From Massilia sp. PWRC2 (GTDB lineage Bacteria; Pseudomonadota; Gammaproteobacteria; Burkholderiales; Burkholderiaceae_D): DNA of 64,000 nucleotides. The stretch covers positions 296,515 to 360,514 of the forward strand of contig NZ_JAFCUW010000005.1 in the NCBI RefSeq assembly GCF_049896725.1, in the 5' to 3' direction. Below the pieces are notes generated by a model. The model saw nothing but the letters and a program-made list of their open reading frames with translations. It made no database searches and was not told where the DNA came from. Numbering within the stretch: the stretch's first letter is position 1; each line of letters starts with the position of its first letter. Of this stretch, positions 28,618 to 38,170 are shown piece by piece. A program made the translations under genes and the position numbers.

Positions 28618-29783
28618 TCGAGCTGGCCAGCCGCTGGTGGCAGCGCTCGCGCCGCGCCGCGCCGCCCGACAATGCAGCGCTGGGCGAGAGCGTGCTGGCC
28701 ATCGCGGTGCCCGCTGCCAGCGTGCAGGGCAGCGCCTGCGATGCGGTGCTGATCGCCGGTGGCGGCCGCAGCCGCCGCAGCAGCGCTGCGGCGCCGCTGG
28801 CGCCCGAGCCGGACGAGACGGCCTGGCTGTTTCACCCCGGTCCCTACCACTGCGTGCTGCGGCCCTTTGCCGCCGCCCCCGAGCTGGGACTGCAGCTGTG
28901 CTTTGTCATCGATGGGTCTGACCCGCGGCTGGCGCAGCAGCGCTTTGACCTTTACCTGGCCAGCGAAGTGCAGGGCAGCGCGGTGGTTCTGGCGCTGGCG
29001 CCGTTTTGCGCCGCCCTCGAAGCGGCGCTGCAGCAGCAATTGACGCAAGGACAGCTGGAGCTGCCGCCTTGCACCAGCGTGGCCGAATGGAACCGCTTTC
29101 GCGCTGGCCTGAACCGCCTGCTGTACCAGCGCTTTGGCGTGACGCTCGACGATTGCCTGCCGGTCGATCTCGGTGACCGCATTGATTTTGCCGCCATGCT
29201 GGCCGCGCGCGTTGCCAGTGCACCAAAAGCGCAGCAGGATGCCGAAGTGGCGCCTGCAGCGGCGCCAGCACAATCACAATCACCAGCACCAGCACCAGCA
29301 CCAGCACCAGCGCCGGCCGCCGTCGACGCCGCGGCCCTGCGCCGCCTGTTCCTCGAGCTGCCGTGCCTGACGGCCGCGCTGCGCGCCGCCGTGCTGCAAG
29401 ATGAGACGATGGCGGCGAACACGGCGCAAACTGCGGCGCTCGATGGGTCCCCGCAATTCCGCCGCCAGCAGGCACTGTGGCGTCGTCTTGACCTGGTTAA
29501 CTTGCAGGTCAGCACCATGCCGGCGCTGGCGCTCGCTGCGCCCGGGCTGGCGCTCGGCCGCAGCGAGCAGGCGCGGCGTGCCCGCCACAGCCAGCGCGCC
29601 TGCGCTGCGCTCGACGATGGCTGGGCGCTGCTGGCCCGGCTGGACGGCACTCCCCGCCGCGCCGCCGACACTGCCGCCGCTGCCAGCGACGACGCCGAGC
29701 GCATCGTCGCCAACCTCGAATTCGATCTGCAGGAACGGCGCGCGATTGCCGCGCCGGACAGCGGCGAGATGGCAGCGTCATGA
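28614..29783 (+). CDS. Hypothetical protein (389 aa) with a PAPAPAPA linker.
   Basis: It starts at MIELASRWW (an ATG overlapping the upstream stop). No recognisable domain. Confidence 0.5.
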   Translation: MIELASRWWQRSRRAAPPDNAALGESVLAIAVPAASVQGSACDAVLIAGGGRSRRSSAAAPLAPEPDETAWLFHPGPYHCVLRPFAAAPELGLQLCFVIDGSDPRLAQQRFDLYLASEVQGSAVVLALAPFCAALEAALQQQLTQGQLELPPCTSVAEWNRFRAGLNRLLYQRFGVTLDDCLPVDLGDRIDFAAMLAARVASAPKAQQDAEVAPAAAPAQSQSPAPAPAPAPAPAAVDAAALRRLFLELPCLTAALRAAVLQDETMAANTAQTAALDGSPQFRRQQALWRRLDLVNLQVSTMPALALAAPGLALGRSEQARRARHSQRACAALDDGWALLARLDGTPRRAADTAAAASDDAERIVANLEFDLQERRAIAAPDSGEMAAS

Positions 29784-30811
29784 GCGCCGCCGCACCTGTA
29801 CCATCGGCCAGCGCCAGCGTGTGCAGCGTCCTGGCCGATGGCAGCACGCTGACGGTGACGGCCACGCGCCGCCCGCGCGCCAACCGCGCCGACATCAAGT
29901 GCAGCGTGCCGGCCTCGCCGGCACTGGCCGCGCGCCTGCAGCAGGTGCTGCAACTGGCGCGTCTGACCGAAGCGCGCTTCGACAGTCGCGATCAGGTGGT
30001 GGTCAGTTTTGATGCCACCCCTGCCGATCTGGAGCGCGACTGGGAACTGCCAGCAGTGCTGGCCGACCGCCTGGTGCGTGGCCTGTATCAGCCACGCAAA
30101 GCGGTGTGGGCAAATGGCTGGTCGGACCACTGGCAGCTTGGCCGCATCGATGGCAGCGCGCTCGCCGCTACCGATGCGCCAGACGTACCGGCGGGGACGC
30201 TGGTGGGCGGGCCTGACGGCCTGGCTCACCTGGGCATGTTGACCGGCCGGCCCGACCAGGCCGGGGCGGTATCGAGCGCACGCACCTGGTTCCCGCTGCA
30301 CAGCGGTGGCGTCAACGACAGCCTGTGCTGGGTCGAGGTCAGCGTCTATCCGCTGCTTGCTGGCGCCGCTGAAGAAGAAGAGTGCATCGCCGTGCCGGGG
30401 CTCGATGTGCTGGGGCAGACAGCGGTGCGGGCGACGCTGGCGGCGGCGCGCCGCTTCGACCCCTATGGCAGTGGGCGCTGGAACAGCGTGGTGCGCTTCG
30501 GCGCGTCGCGCTTCCAGGGCAATTCGTGGCAACTGGCGGCGGTGATGGCCGATCGGCTGGCGCGCGGGCGCGAATTCGTGCCGCGCGGGCGCATCCTGGC
30601 CAGCGGCTGTTCGGCCGACTGGCAAAGCGGCCGCGTCGACACCGTCGAGGCGCGCGAGGCCAAGCTGGCGCTGCTGCTGGCGCAGGCGGTGACGGGGGAC
30701 CGCCTGCTGTTGCCGGCGGCGTGGGAGGCGGCACTGCCAGCCGGCTTTGTCGAAGCGCTCGCCGCCAGCGGCGCCAGTGTCGCCTGTGTCGAACGCATTG
30801 GCATGATTTGA
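29780..30811 (+). CDS. Hypothetical protein (343 aa).
   Basis: It overlaps the upstream stop by 4 bp. No recognisable domain. Confidence 0.5.
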   Translation: MSAAAPVPSASASVCSVLADGSTLTVTATRRPRANRADIKCSVPASPALAARLQQVLQLARLTEARFDSRDQVVVSFDATPADLERDWELPAVLADRLVRGLYQPRKAVWANGWSDHWQLGRIDGSALAATDAPDVPAGTLVGGPDGLAHLGMLTGRPDQAGAVSSARTWFPLHSGGVNDSLCWVEVSVYPLLAGAAEEEECIAVPGLDVLGQTAVRATLAAARRFDPYGSGRWNSVVRFGASRFQGNSWQLAAVMADRLARGREFVPRGRILASGCSADWQSGRVDTVEAREAKLALLLAQAVTGDRLLLPAAWEAALPAGFVEALAASGASVACVERIGMI

Positions 30812-30917
30812 AACTCGTCCCTGCGCGCGCCCTGCTAGAATCGGAGGGCGGCGCGGGCAATGCAGGGCAGGGCAAGCCTGCTTCGATAGCGCCAACTGAT
30901 GAACCGGGAGCAGGTAT

Positions 30918-33083
30918 ATGCAGATGTTTGGAATGGGCGGCGCCAAGTGTCCCCGCTGTGAGCACAAGAATGCCGGCACGGCCGCTTACTGCGCGCAGTG
31001 CGGCCTGCTGCTGGGCGCGCCCCGCAATGCGCCCGTGCTGGTCGATAATCGCTGGATCGCCGGCGCTGACGAACTGGCGGTGTTCTTCGGTGTGCAGGCG
31101 CTAGCGGGCCTGTTTGTCAAGACCTTGCGGGTACCGGCCACCACCCGCGCCTATATTCTTCAGGGTGGCGCCGCCACCGAGGTGCCGCAGGGCGACTACG
31201 AGATCGAAGGTTTTTTTAGCCGCTTGAACAACCTGCTGCGCGACGACCACGCCGAAATCCTGATCACCCGCAGCACCCCGGTGGTGCTGGTGTTTGCCTT
31301 CGACGAGCTGGCCAGCGCCGAGCACCTGGCGCTGTCGGTGCAGCTGTCGGTGAGCGTGCAGATCGAACAGGTGGCCGCGTTTGCGCGCCACTTCATGACC
31401 ATGCCGGGTACCGTCAGCAGCGCGCAACTGGTCGAACTGCTGGCGCCGTCGGTGCGCCAGCTGGCCGCCGAATTCATCGCCGGCCAGTCACTGCGCGACA
31501 TGAGCCGCAATGGCGCGCTGCGCGCCCAGTTTGACGAACGCCTGCAGGGCGGCCTGCAGCAGCGCCTGGCGCTGTATGGGCTGGCGGTGGTGCAGGTCGA
31601 CACCCTCAGTCTGAAACACGATAAATTCGACGCCCACCGTGCCCGCATCGGCAGCCTGTGGCTGCTGGCCGACGAGCGCAACGTCGAACTCGAACATGCG
31701 GGCCACCTCGACGCACTGTATGACGACGGCGAGTGGCAAAAAATCCGCCGCGCCGAAGCCGACAGCCGGCTGCGTTACCGGCGCGCCGAACTGGCGCAGG
31801 ACGATGCCATCGACAAGGCCGAACTGTCGCTGCAAAACAGCGAACGCCTGCAGGCGGTGCGCGCGCGTGAAATCGAACTGTACTCGCGCATCGTCGAAGC
31901 GAAAAACCGCCAGCAGGCCATCGCCGCCGGTGCCGGCGAAGTGCTCGCTGAACTCGAACACGAGCAGGCGCAGAAAAACGCCGCGCGTGGCGATGTCGCT
32001 GCCGACTGGGCCCATTCGCGTCACATCGCCCAGATCCGCATGCGCACCGAACTGGAATTGTCGCAGCAGCAGGCGGTGGAAAGCCGCCAGCTGGCGCAGC
32101 AGCGCTTTTCGCACCAGCTGTTGCAGCAGCAGATCGGCAACAAGGTGGCGCAAGCGCTGCTGATCGAAGATGAAACGGCCAAGCGCAATGAACTGGCGCG
32201 CCTGCGCCAGGCGCGCCAGAGTGCCGACGGTCGCCAGGCGGCCATCGAGCACGAGCAGCACATTGCGCGCCACCAGGCGCTGGCGCTGGTCAATGCCGCC
32301 CATGCGCGCGAGGCGGCGCGCCTGCAGGAATGGGAAGACCAGCTGGCGCAGGAGCGCGCGCGCGAACTGGCGCGCAGCAGCGGCGCCCAGGACGCCCTCA
32401 GCCAGCACGAAAAACTGCTGCGTACCATCGCCGCCGACGATCTGCACAGCCGCAACGCCGACCAGCGCATGCTGGCCATCGAACAGGCCCGCCACCAGCA
32501 GGGACAAGACAGCCAGGAAGCCCAGTGGCAGCAAGAGCTGCGCCGCATCGGCGCGCAGCGCGAAGCGCGCTTTGCCGAGCTGACCCAGCAGGCCGACCTG
32601 GCGCGCCTGGAGATCGCCCGCGCCGACAGCCTTGGCGCCATGAGCGACACTGCCAAGCTGGCGCTGGCCGGTGCCGCCAATGCAGCGGTGCTGGCCGATT
32701 ACCTCAAAACCCAGGTCCACGCCGGCATGGGCGCCGACCAGCTGGCGGCACTGGCGGCGGTGGTGGGCGCCACCAATAGCGTCACGCCGCAGGAAGCGCT
32801 GCGGCTGGCCGACCTCCGCGAGCAGCGCGACAGCGCGCGCCGCGAGCGTGACATCGACAAGGACCGCCAGCACCAGCTCGAGCTGATCAAGCTGCAGAAT
32901 GATGTCAACAAGGCGGCGCTGGCGGCGCAGTCGCAGCTGGGGATCGGCGTCGCCGGCGGCGGCGCTGCTCCTGCCGTTGCTGCGGCCGCGCCTGGCGCGG
33001 ACGTGCCGCGCTGCCCGCACGGCCATCCGGTGCGCGCCGGTGAGCGCTTTTGCGGCCACTGCGGCGCCGCCCTGGGAGCGTAA
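30918..33083 (+). CDS. Double zinc-ribbon protein with a long Q/R/E/A-rich coiled coil (possibly a band-7/SPFH-like segment).
   Basis: An N-terminal CPRCEHKNAGTAAYCAQCG and a C-terminal CPHGHPVRAGERFCGHCG zinc ribbon flank about 450 aa of predicted coiled coil. Confidence 0.55.
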   Translation: MQMFGMGGAKCPRCEHKNAGTAAYCAQCGLLLGAPRNAPVLVDNRWIAGADELAVFFGVQALAGLFVKTLRVPATTRAYILQGGAATEVPQGDYEIEGFFSRLNNLLRDDHAEILITRSTPVVLVFAFDELASAEHLALSVQLSVSVQIEQVAAFARHFMTMPGTVSSAQLVELLAPSVRQLAAEFIAGQSLRDMSRNGALRAQFDERLQGGLQQRLALYGLAVVQVDTLSLKHDKFDAHRARIGSLWLLADERNVELEHAGHLDALYDDGEWQKIRRAEADSRLRYRRAELAQDDAIDKAELSLQNSERLQAVRAREIELYSRIVEAKNRQQAIAAGAGEVLAELEHEQAQKNAARGDVAADWAHSRHIAQIRMRTELELSQQQAVESRQLAQQRFSHQLLQQQIGNKVAQALLIEDETAKRNELARLRQARQSADGRQAAIEHEQHIARHQALALVNAAHAREAARLQEWEDQLAQERARELARSSGAQDALSQHEKLLRTIAADDLHSRNADQRMLAIEQARHQQGQDSQEAQWQQELRRIGAQREARFAELTQQADLARLEIARADSLGAMSDTAKLALAGAANAAVLADYLKTQVHAGMGADQLAALAAVVGATNSVTPQEALRLADLREQRDSARRERDIDKDRQHQLELIKLQNDVNKAALAAQSQLGIGVAGGGAAPAVAAAAPGADVPRCPHGHPVRAGERFCGHCGAALGA

Positions 33084-33092
33084 CAGGCCACG

Positions 33093-35426
33093 ATGTCAGC
33101 GCCGCCGCCCACCCCGATGCCGTCCGCCCGCGACAAGTTGCGCGAGCTGCGCGCGCTGCATGAAGATGGCCTGCTCAGCCAGCAGGAGTTCGACAGCCGC
33201 CGCAACGCCATCCTCGACGCTGCATATGCACCGACGGCGCCACCTGCAGCGTCAGCCACAGCGTCAGCAAGGGCGGCGCCGGCAGCTGATTCTTTTGGGA
33301 TGGCGCGCCCGGGCACCGAGCTCGGTCTGATGGTGGGCCAGGAAATCGGCCCGCAGCAGCGCCGCTACCGGCTCGAACGCCTGATCGCCCAGGGTGGCAT
33401 GGGCCAGGTGTGGCAGGCGCTCGATCTGGCCACCCACCAGGAACTCGGTCACAGCGCGTCGGTGGCAGTGAAAATCCTGCCACCCCAGCTGACCGTCAGC
33501 GCCACCCATGCGCGCCTGCTGCTGGAGGAGGCGACCCAGGCGCGCCGGCTGGCGCATGAGCACATTGTGCGGGTCTACGAATGGGCCCAGGACCCGGCCA
33601 CTTCCAGCTATTTTTTGATCATGGAATGCCTCGAGGGCGAAGACCTCGACAGCCTGCTGGCGCGCGAGACGCGCATGCCCTTCGACCGTGCGCTCGGTCT
33701 GCTCGAACCGGTCGCCGGCGCGCTCGCCTATGCGTGGGACAAGCACCGGCTGGTGCACCGCGATATCAAGCCGGGCAATGTGTTCGTCACCAGCAGCGGC
33801 GACGTCAAGCTGCTCGACTTTGGCATCGCCGCGCGCGCGCGCTCGTCGGCCAGCAGCATTGGCCTGGAAGCGCCGGCCGATTCCGGTACCGCCGGCTACC
33901 GCGCGCCGGAAGCCGGTGTGCACCAGCGCAAACCGGCGCCCACCCAGGATGTCTATGGGGTGGCGGTGATGCTGTACCAGATGCTGGAAGGGCGCCTGCC
34001 ATTCGATGGCCCGCGCGACCCTGCCAGCACGCTGACGCCAGCGCGTCCGCCCGGTCTGAACGATGCCCAGTGGCGCCTGCTGCAGACGGGCTTTGCCATC
34101 GATGCGGCGCGGCGCCCCGCCAGCGTGCAGAAATTGCTGGTGCAGCTGCGCGCCGCAGGCAGCGCGCCAGCGTCGTCGTCGGCGGCGGCAGCAGCAGCGG
34201 CAATGGCGCCGGCAGCGGTGCGGCCGGCCGCCAGTGCCGTCGAACTGGCCGCCGCCAGCCAGCGCGAACAGCTGCGCGCGCAACAGCAAGCGCAGCGCAC
34301 GCTGGAAGCGGCGGCCGCCGTCCAGCAAGCCAATCGCGAGCGGCGCGAACAGGAAAAAGCCCAGCGCCTGCTGCTCGACGCCGCCCGCAGCGAGCGCAAG
34401 GAAGCGCTGCGCCGCCAGCTGCTCGAACGGCGCGCGCTCGATGCCGAGACAGCGCGCATCGAGCGCGAAGAGGCGCACAGGAAGGCGCTGCAAGCCAGAG
34501 CGGCAGCGGCCTACCGCCAGGAACAGCAGCGTGCGCGCGCCGAGGTGGCCGCCCGCGTGCAGGCCGAACTGGCGGCGCTACTGCCGTCAGCATCGAGCCC
34601 GGTGGCCGACAGTGAGGGGGTGCTGCGCGACCGCTTTCTCGATGGCTCGGCGGTGGCGCCCGACCTGGTGCTCATACCCACCGGGCGCTTTCAAATGGGT
34701 TCGCCCGAGCATGAGCGCAAGAAGGCGATCGACGCCGGCTCGCAGCAGTCGTGGGTCGAGCGCGAAACGCCGCAGCGCTGGGTCGGCATCGAAAAGCCCA
34801 TCGCCATGGGCCGCTTTCCCATTACCGTCGGCCAGTGGCGCCTGTTTGTTGCCGCCAGCGGCTGGCAGGCGCCGGCCCAATTCAATTGGGCCGAGCCGGG
34901 TTTTCGCCAGGCTGACGATCACCCGGTGGTGGGCGTGAGCTGGCATGACGCCGTCGCCTACGCCGCCTGGCTGTCAAGCATGACGGGCCAGCGCTACCGC
35001 CTGCCCAGCGAAGCCGAATGGGAATACGCCTGCCGCGCCGGCACCCGCAGCGCGTTTAGTTTTGGCGACTCCATCAGTACCGATCTGGCCAACTACGACG
35101 GCAACTTCAGCTACAACGACAGCCCGAAAGGGGTGTACCGCAAGGGCACCACAGCGGTCACGCAATTCCCGCCCAACCAGTGGGGGCTGTACGACATGCA
35201 CGGCAATGTGTGGGAATGGGTGCAGGACGTGGTGCACGATAATTACCAGGGCGCGCCCAATACCGGCCGCGCGTGGGAAGATGGCGGCGATCCGGGACGG
35301 CGCATCTTGCGCGGCGGCTCGTGGCTGTACAATCCGCGTTATCTGCGTTCGAGCCTGCGCAACGGCTTTTCGGCCACGCGCAGCAACGGCATCATCGGCT
35401 TTCGGCTGGCGCGCGAGCTCCTTTAA
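33093..35426 (+). CDS. Hanks-type Ser/Thr protein kinase fused to an N-terminal SHOCT domain and a C-terminal formylglycine-generating-enzyme (FGE-sulfatase/SUMF1-like) domain.
   Basis: The SHOCT domain reads KLRELRALHEDGLLSQQEFDSRRNAIL. The kinase domain has the motifs VAVK, HRDIKPGN, DFG and GTAGYRAPE. The FGE domain has VGVSWHDAVAYAAWLS, RLPSEAEWEYACRAGT, WGLYDMHGNVWEWVQD and RGGSW. Confidence 0.9.
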   Translation: MSAPPPTPMPSARDKLRELRALHEDGLLSQQEFDSRRNAILDAAYAPTAPPAASATASARAAPAADSFGMARPGTELGLMVGQEIGPQQRRYRLERLIAQGGMGQVWQALDLATHQELGHSASVAVKILPPQLTVSATHARLLLEEATQARRLAHEHIVRVYEWAQDPATSSYFLIMECLEGEDLDSLLARETRMPFDRALGLLEPVAGALAYAWDKHRLVHRDIKPGNVFVTSSGDVKLLDFGIAARARSSASSIGLEAPADSGTAGYRAPEAGVHQRKPAPTQDVYGVAVMLYQMLEGRLPFDGPRDPASTLTPARPPGLNDAQWRLLQTGFAIDAARRPASVQKLLVQLRAAGSAPASSSAAAAAAAMAPAAVRPAASAVELAAASQREQLRAQQQAQRTLEAAAAVQQANRERREQEKAQRLLLDAARSERKEALRRQLLERRALDAETARIEREEAHRKALQARAAAAYRQEQQRARAEVAARVQAELAALLPSASSPVADSEGVLRDRFLDGSAVAPDLVLIPTGRFQMGSPEHERKKAIDAGSQQSWVERETPQRWVGIEKPIAMGRFPITVGQWRLFVAASGWQAPAQFNWAEPGFRQADDHPVVGVSWHDAVAYAAWLSSMTGQRYRLPSEAEWEYACRAGTRSAFSFGDSISTDLANYDGNFSYNDSPKGVYRKGTTAVTQFPPNQWGLYDMHGNVWEWVQDVVHDNYQGAPNTGRAWEDGGDPGRRILRGGSWLYNPRYLRSSLRNGFSATRSNGIIGFRLARELL

Positions 35427-35460
35427 GGGCGCGCCACCCACACTTTTTTCAGGCACCCAC

Positions 35461-36360
35461 ATGAGCATCGCACATTACCTCAAAGCGCACGACAAGGACC
35501 TCGGCGGCGGCTTCACCGTGCGCCGCCTGCTGCCGGCAGCGGCCATGCAGTCGGTTGGGCCGTTCATTTTTTTCGACCATTTCGGCCCCATCGATGCCGA
35601 TGCGGCCGCCAACCACGATGTGCGGCCGCATCCGCACATTGGCCTGGCCACCGTCACCTATCTGTATGAAGGGGCGATGATGCACCGCGATAGCGTCGGC
35701 TCGGTGCAGCGCATCGAGCCCGGTGCCGTCAACTGGATGACGGCCGGCAGCGGCATCGTCCACTCCGAGCGCACCCCGGCCGACCTGTTGGGCAAGCCGC
35801 GCCGCAGCCATGGCCTGCAGTTGTGGGCGGCGCTGCCGCAAGCGCACGAGGAGGTGGCACCCTCGTTCAGTCACACACCGGCGGTCGACATTCCCACAGT
35901 AGCCCTCGATGGTGCCAGCGTGCGCGTGCTGATCGGCAGCGCCTTCGGCCGCAGCTCGCCGGTGCCGACCTTTAGCGAGACGCTCTACCTCGATATCGCG
36001 CTGGAGGATTGCGCCGAAGTGCTGCTGACCGATCTGCCACAGCAGGCCGCTCTTTACGTGGTGCAGGGCACGCTGCTGGTCGATGGCGCTGCGCTGGCGC
36101 CGGCCACCATGGCAGTGCTCGAAGAGGGCCGCGCTGCTGGCAGCAGCACGCGCTTGCGTGCCGTGGGAAGCGTAAAATTGGTGGTGATCGGCGGCGCCCC
36201 GCTCGACGGCCCCCGTTATATCTTCTGGAATTTTGTATCGTCGAGCAAGGAGCGCCTGGCGCAGGCGGCCGACGACTGGGAACAGCAGCGTTATGCCATG
36301 GTGCCGGGCGAGACGGAGTTTATTCCGTTACCGAAAATGGTAGCCAAGCCGCTGCGCTGA
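35461..36360 (+). CDS. Pirin family protein (second paralogue in the window).
   Basis: The 299 aa sequence has the pirin cupin motifs HPHIGLATVTYLYEG and MTAGSGIVHSE. Confidence 0.85.
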   Translation: MSIAHYLKAHDKDLGGGFTVRRLLPAAAMQSVGPFIFFDHFGPIDADAAANHDVRPHPHIGLATVTYLYEGAMMHRDSVGSVQRIEPGAVNWMTAGSGIVHSERTPADLLGKPRRSHGLQLWAALPQAHEEVAPSFSHTPAVDIPTVALDGASVRVLIGSAFGRSSPVPTFSETLYLDIALEDCAEVLLTDLPQQAALYVVQGTLLVDGAALAPATMAVLEEGRAAGSSTRLRAVGSVKLVVIGGAPLDGPRYIFWNFVSSSKERLAQAADDWEQQRYAMVPGETEFIPLPKMVAKPLR

Positions 36361-36408
36361 ATCGATGCACGTGTGCAGTGGCGTGCTCAACGTTGTGATG
36401 GAGGCGTC

Positions 36409-36510
36409 ATGCACATCCCGCCCAAGCTGCACATTCCCATGACCGTGTTCACCCTGCTGGCCATCATGCTGGCGGGTTTTGCGCTGATTTTCCTGGTGCT
36501 GGCACCGTAA
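36409..36510 (+). CDS. Candidate 33-aa single-TM small protein (MHIPPKLHIPMTVFTLLAIMLAGFALIFLVLAP), absent from the ORF track.
   Basis: An ATG has a GGAGG 6 nt upstream. The product is a hydrophobic helix, in an intergenic gap between convergent genes. Confidence 0.3.
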   Translation: MHIPPKLHIPMTVFTLLAIMLAGFALIFLVLAP

Positions 36511-36522
36511 AGGTACGCCAGC

Positions 36523-38070
36523 TCAGGCCGTATGCAAGTCGCCCGTCATGGCCTGCTGCAGCTGGCCGGCGGCGGTGCGGATGATCCACGACTCTGGATA
36601 CGGTTCGCCGGCAAAGCGCACGTGGCGGGCACAGCCGCCCAGGCGGTCCAGTTGCGCGCCCGGCGCCAGCGCCGTTTCGACGCCGCTGGCAGGGTCAAGG
36701 TGCCAGAAACCGCCATCGCGGTGAAACAGCAGCGGCATGGCCGCCGCGCGCGGCGCGCAGGCGCTGGCCGCCAGCGGAAAGCCGGGGTGGCGGCCGGGCG
36801 CCATCAGGTAAAAACTCTCGGCACAGTCGCCCTGGTCGAGGCGGTGCAAGATCACTGCGTGCGGCAGCAGCGCCGTCACGCACAGCACCACCACGCCCTT
36901 GATGCTGGCGGTCAGTTCAATTTTCATGCCCAGCCGCAGCGGCACCGCAGCGTGCTTGCCGGGCCAGACGCCGTCGAGCAGGATGCCGTAGCGCGACACA
37001 TCTTCGATCTCGAAGCCCCGTTCGCCCCGGCGCAACAACGCATGGCGGCCCGACAGGCGCCGCGTCAGGCCGCCCGTCTCCTGGCCGGCATCGCCGAAAT
37101 GGGCCAGCAGCACGTCGCCTTCGGGATCGTACTGTTCCCACCGTCCCAGCACGCATTCATCGAGGGCGAACAGGCGCAGCTGGCGCTGGTCGCCGCAGTC
37201 CGGGGCGGCATTGACCAGGCAGGCGGCAGTCAGCGGACACGGATGGGGCGCGGCGTTCGCTGGCAGGTCAATTTCAATCAAGTCTTCGTCCCAGGCGATG
37301 CTGGCACAGCCCAGGTCGACCTTGCCGATGGCGTCCAGATTGAGCTGGGCGATCGAGGCATTGCGCGCCAGCACCTCGATATCGAGGCGGCCGCTGCTGC
37401 TGCCGTTGAGTTTGGCGATCGAGCCGTCGTCAGCCACCACCCGCACATTTTTATGGGTGGCCAGGAAAGTCTGGTGGATGTCGGTCAGGCTGGCATCGGC
37501 GCGCGGCACCAGCAGCAGCATGGTGCAGACCCAGCGGCGCGCCGGCTGACCGTCGTTGCCGCCGCTGTTGACACTCATGCTGGTCAGTTCGACATCGATC
37601 TGGTACTGGCCGTGTTCCTTGTCGCGCGAAGAAAATTCGATGAACAGGGGCCGCCATTCGCCGCGCGTGGTGCGCTCGAGCTTGTGGGTGGCGCCACCGC
37701 CGGCCATCAGGGCCGAGCGCAGGCGCATGCTCAGCAGGGGGGCGGCGCCCGGCGCCATGCCGCGCAATTCCACCTTGATCGCTTGCCTGCCACCGGCGGC
37801 GCGCGGATCGAAGCCGCTCACGTGCAGGTAACAGCGGGCGGCGGTGGGCAGGGTCATGCCGACCGCTGCGGCGGTGGCCACGGTGGTGGTCGCCATGGCG
37901 CCACTGCGCGTCGCCCGCGCCGCGCTGACCAGCTCAAAACTGCCGGGCGCGGCTGCCGCCGCTGCCACCGCAGTCACTGCTACCTGCGCATGGCCGGCCG
38001 CGCACACTGGGTCGCCGGGCAAGACCCAGAGCGTGCAATGCGGGTGGTCGACGTTGCTGCACTTGTTCAT
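36523..38070 (-). CDS. FHA-domain protein (FhaA-like architecture, with the FHA in the C-terminal half).
   Basis: The FHA signature reads ...CVLGRWEQ...DVLLAHF...LSGRHALLRRGERGFEIEDVSRYGILLDGVW...LRLGMKIEL. It lies immediately downstream of the PP2C gene on the same strand. Confidence 0.7.
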   Translation of the reverse strand: MNKCSNVDHPHCTLWVLPGDPVCAAGHAQVAVTAVAAAAAAPGSFELVSAARATRSGAMATTTVATAAAVGMTLPTAARCYLHVSGFDPRAAGGRQAIKVELRGMAPGAAPLLSMRLRSALMAGGGATHKLERTTRGEWRPLFIEFSSRDKEHGQYQIDVELTSMSVNSGGNDGQPARRWVCTMLLLVPRADASLTDIHQTFLATHKNVRVVADDGSIAKLNGSSSGRLDIEVLARNASIAQLNLDAIGKVDLGCASIAWDEDLIEIDLPANAAPHPCPLTAACLVNAAPDCGDQRQLRLFALDECVLGRWEQYDPEGDVLLAHFGDAGQETGGLTRRLSGRHALLRRGERGFEIEDVSRYGILLDGVWPGKHAAVPLRLGMKIELTASIKGVVVLCVTALLPHAVILHRLDQGDCAESFYLMAPGRHPGFPLAASACAPRAAAMPLLFHRDGGFWHLDPASGVETALAPGAQLDRLGGCARHVRFAGEPYPESWIIRTAAGQLQQAMTGDLHTA

Positions 38071-38170
38071 GACGGCGTTATAAATTCCTCAGGTTTGCCA
38101 GCTTACCCCCAAACGGTGCAGTTACGGCAAAGCAATACATTTGCAGTGTAACATTTGTTTCCATGCGAAC

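Noticed and set aside
31488-33059. A 523-aa ORF on the minus strand.
   Set aside because: It is antisense to the zinc-ribbon/coiled-coil gene. The coiled-coil codon periodicity creates a long open antisense frame.
36532-38151. A 539-aa ORF on the + strand.
   Set aside because: It is antisense to the FHA-protein gene. The FHA motif is only in the - frame.
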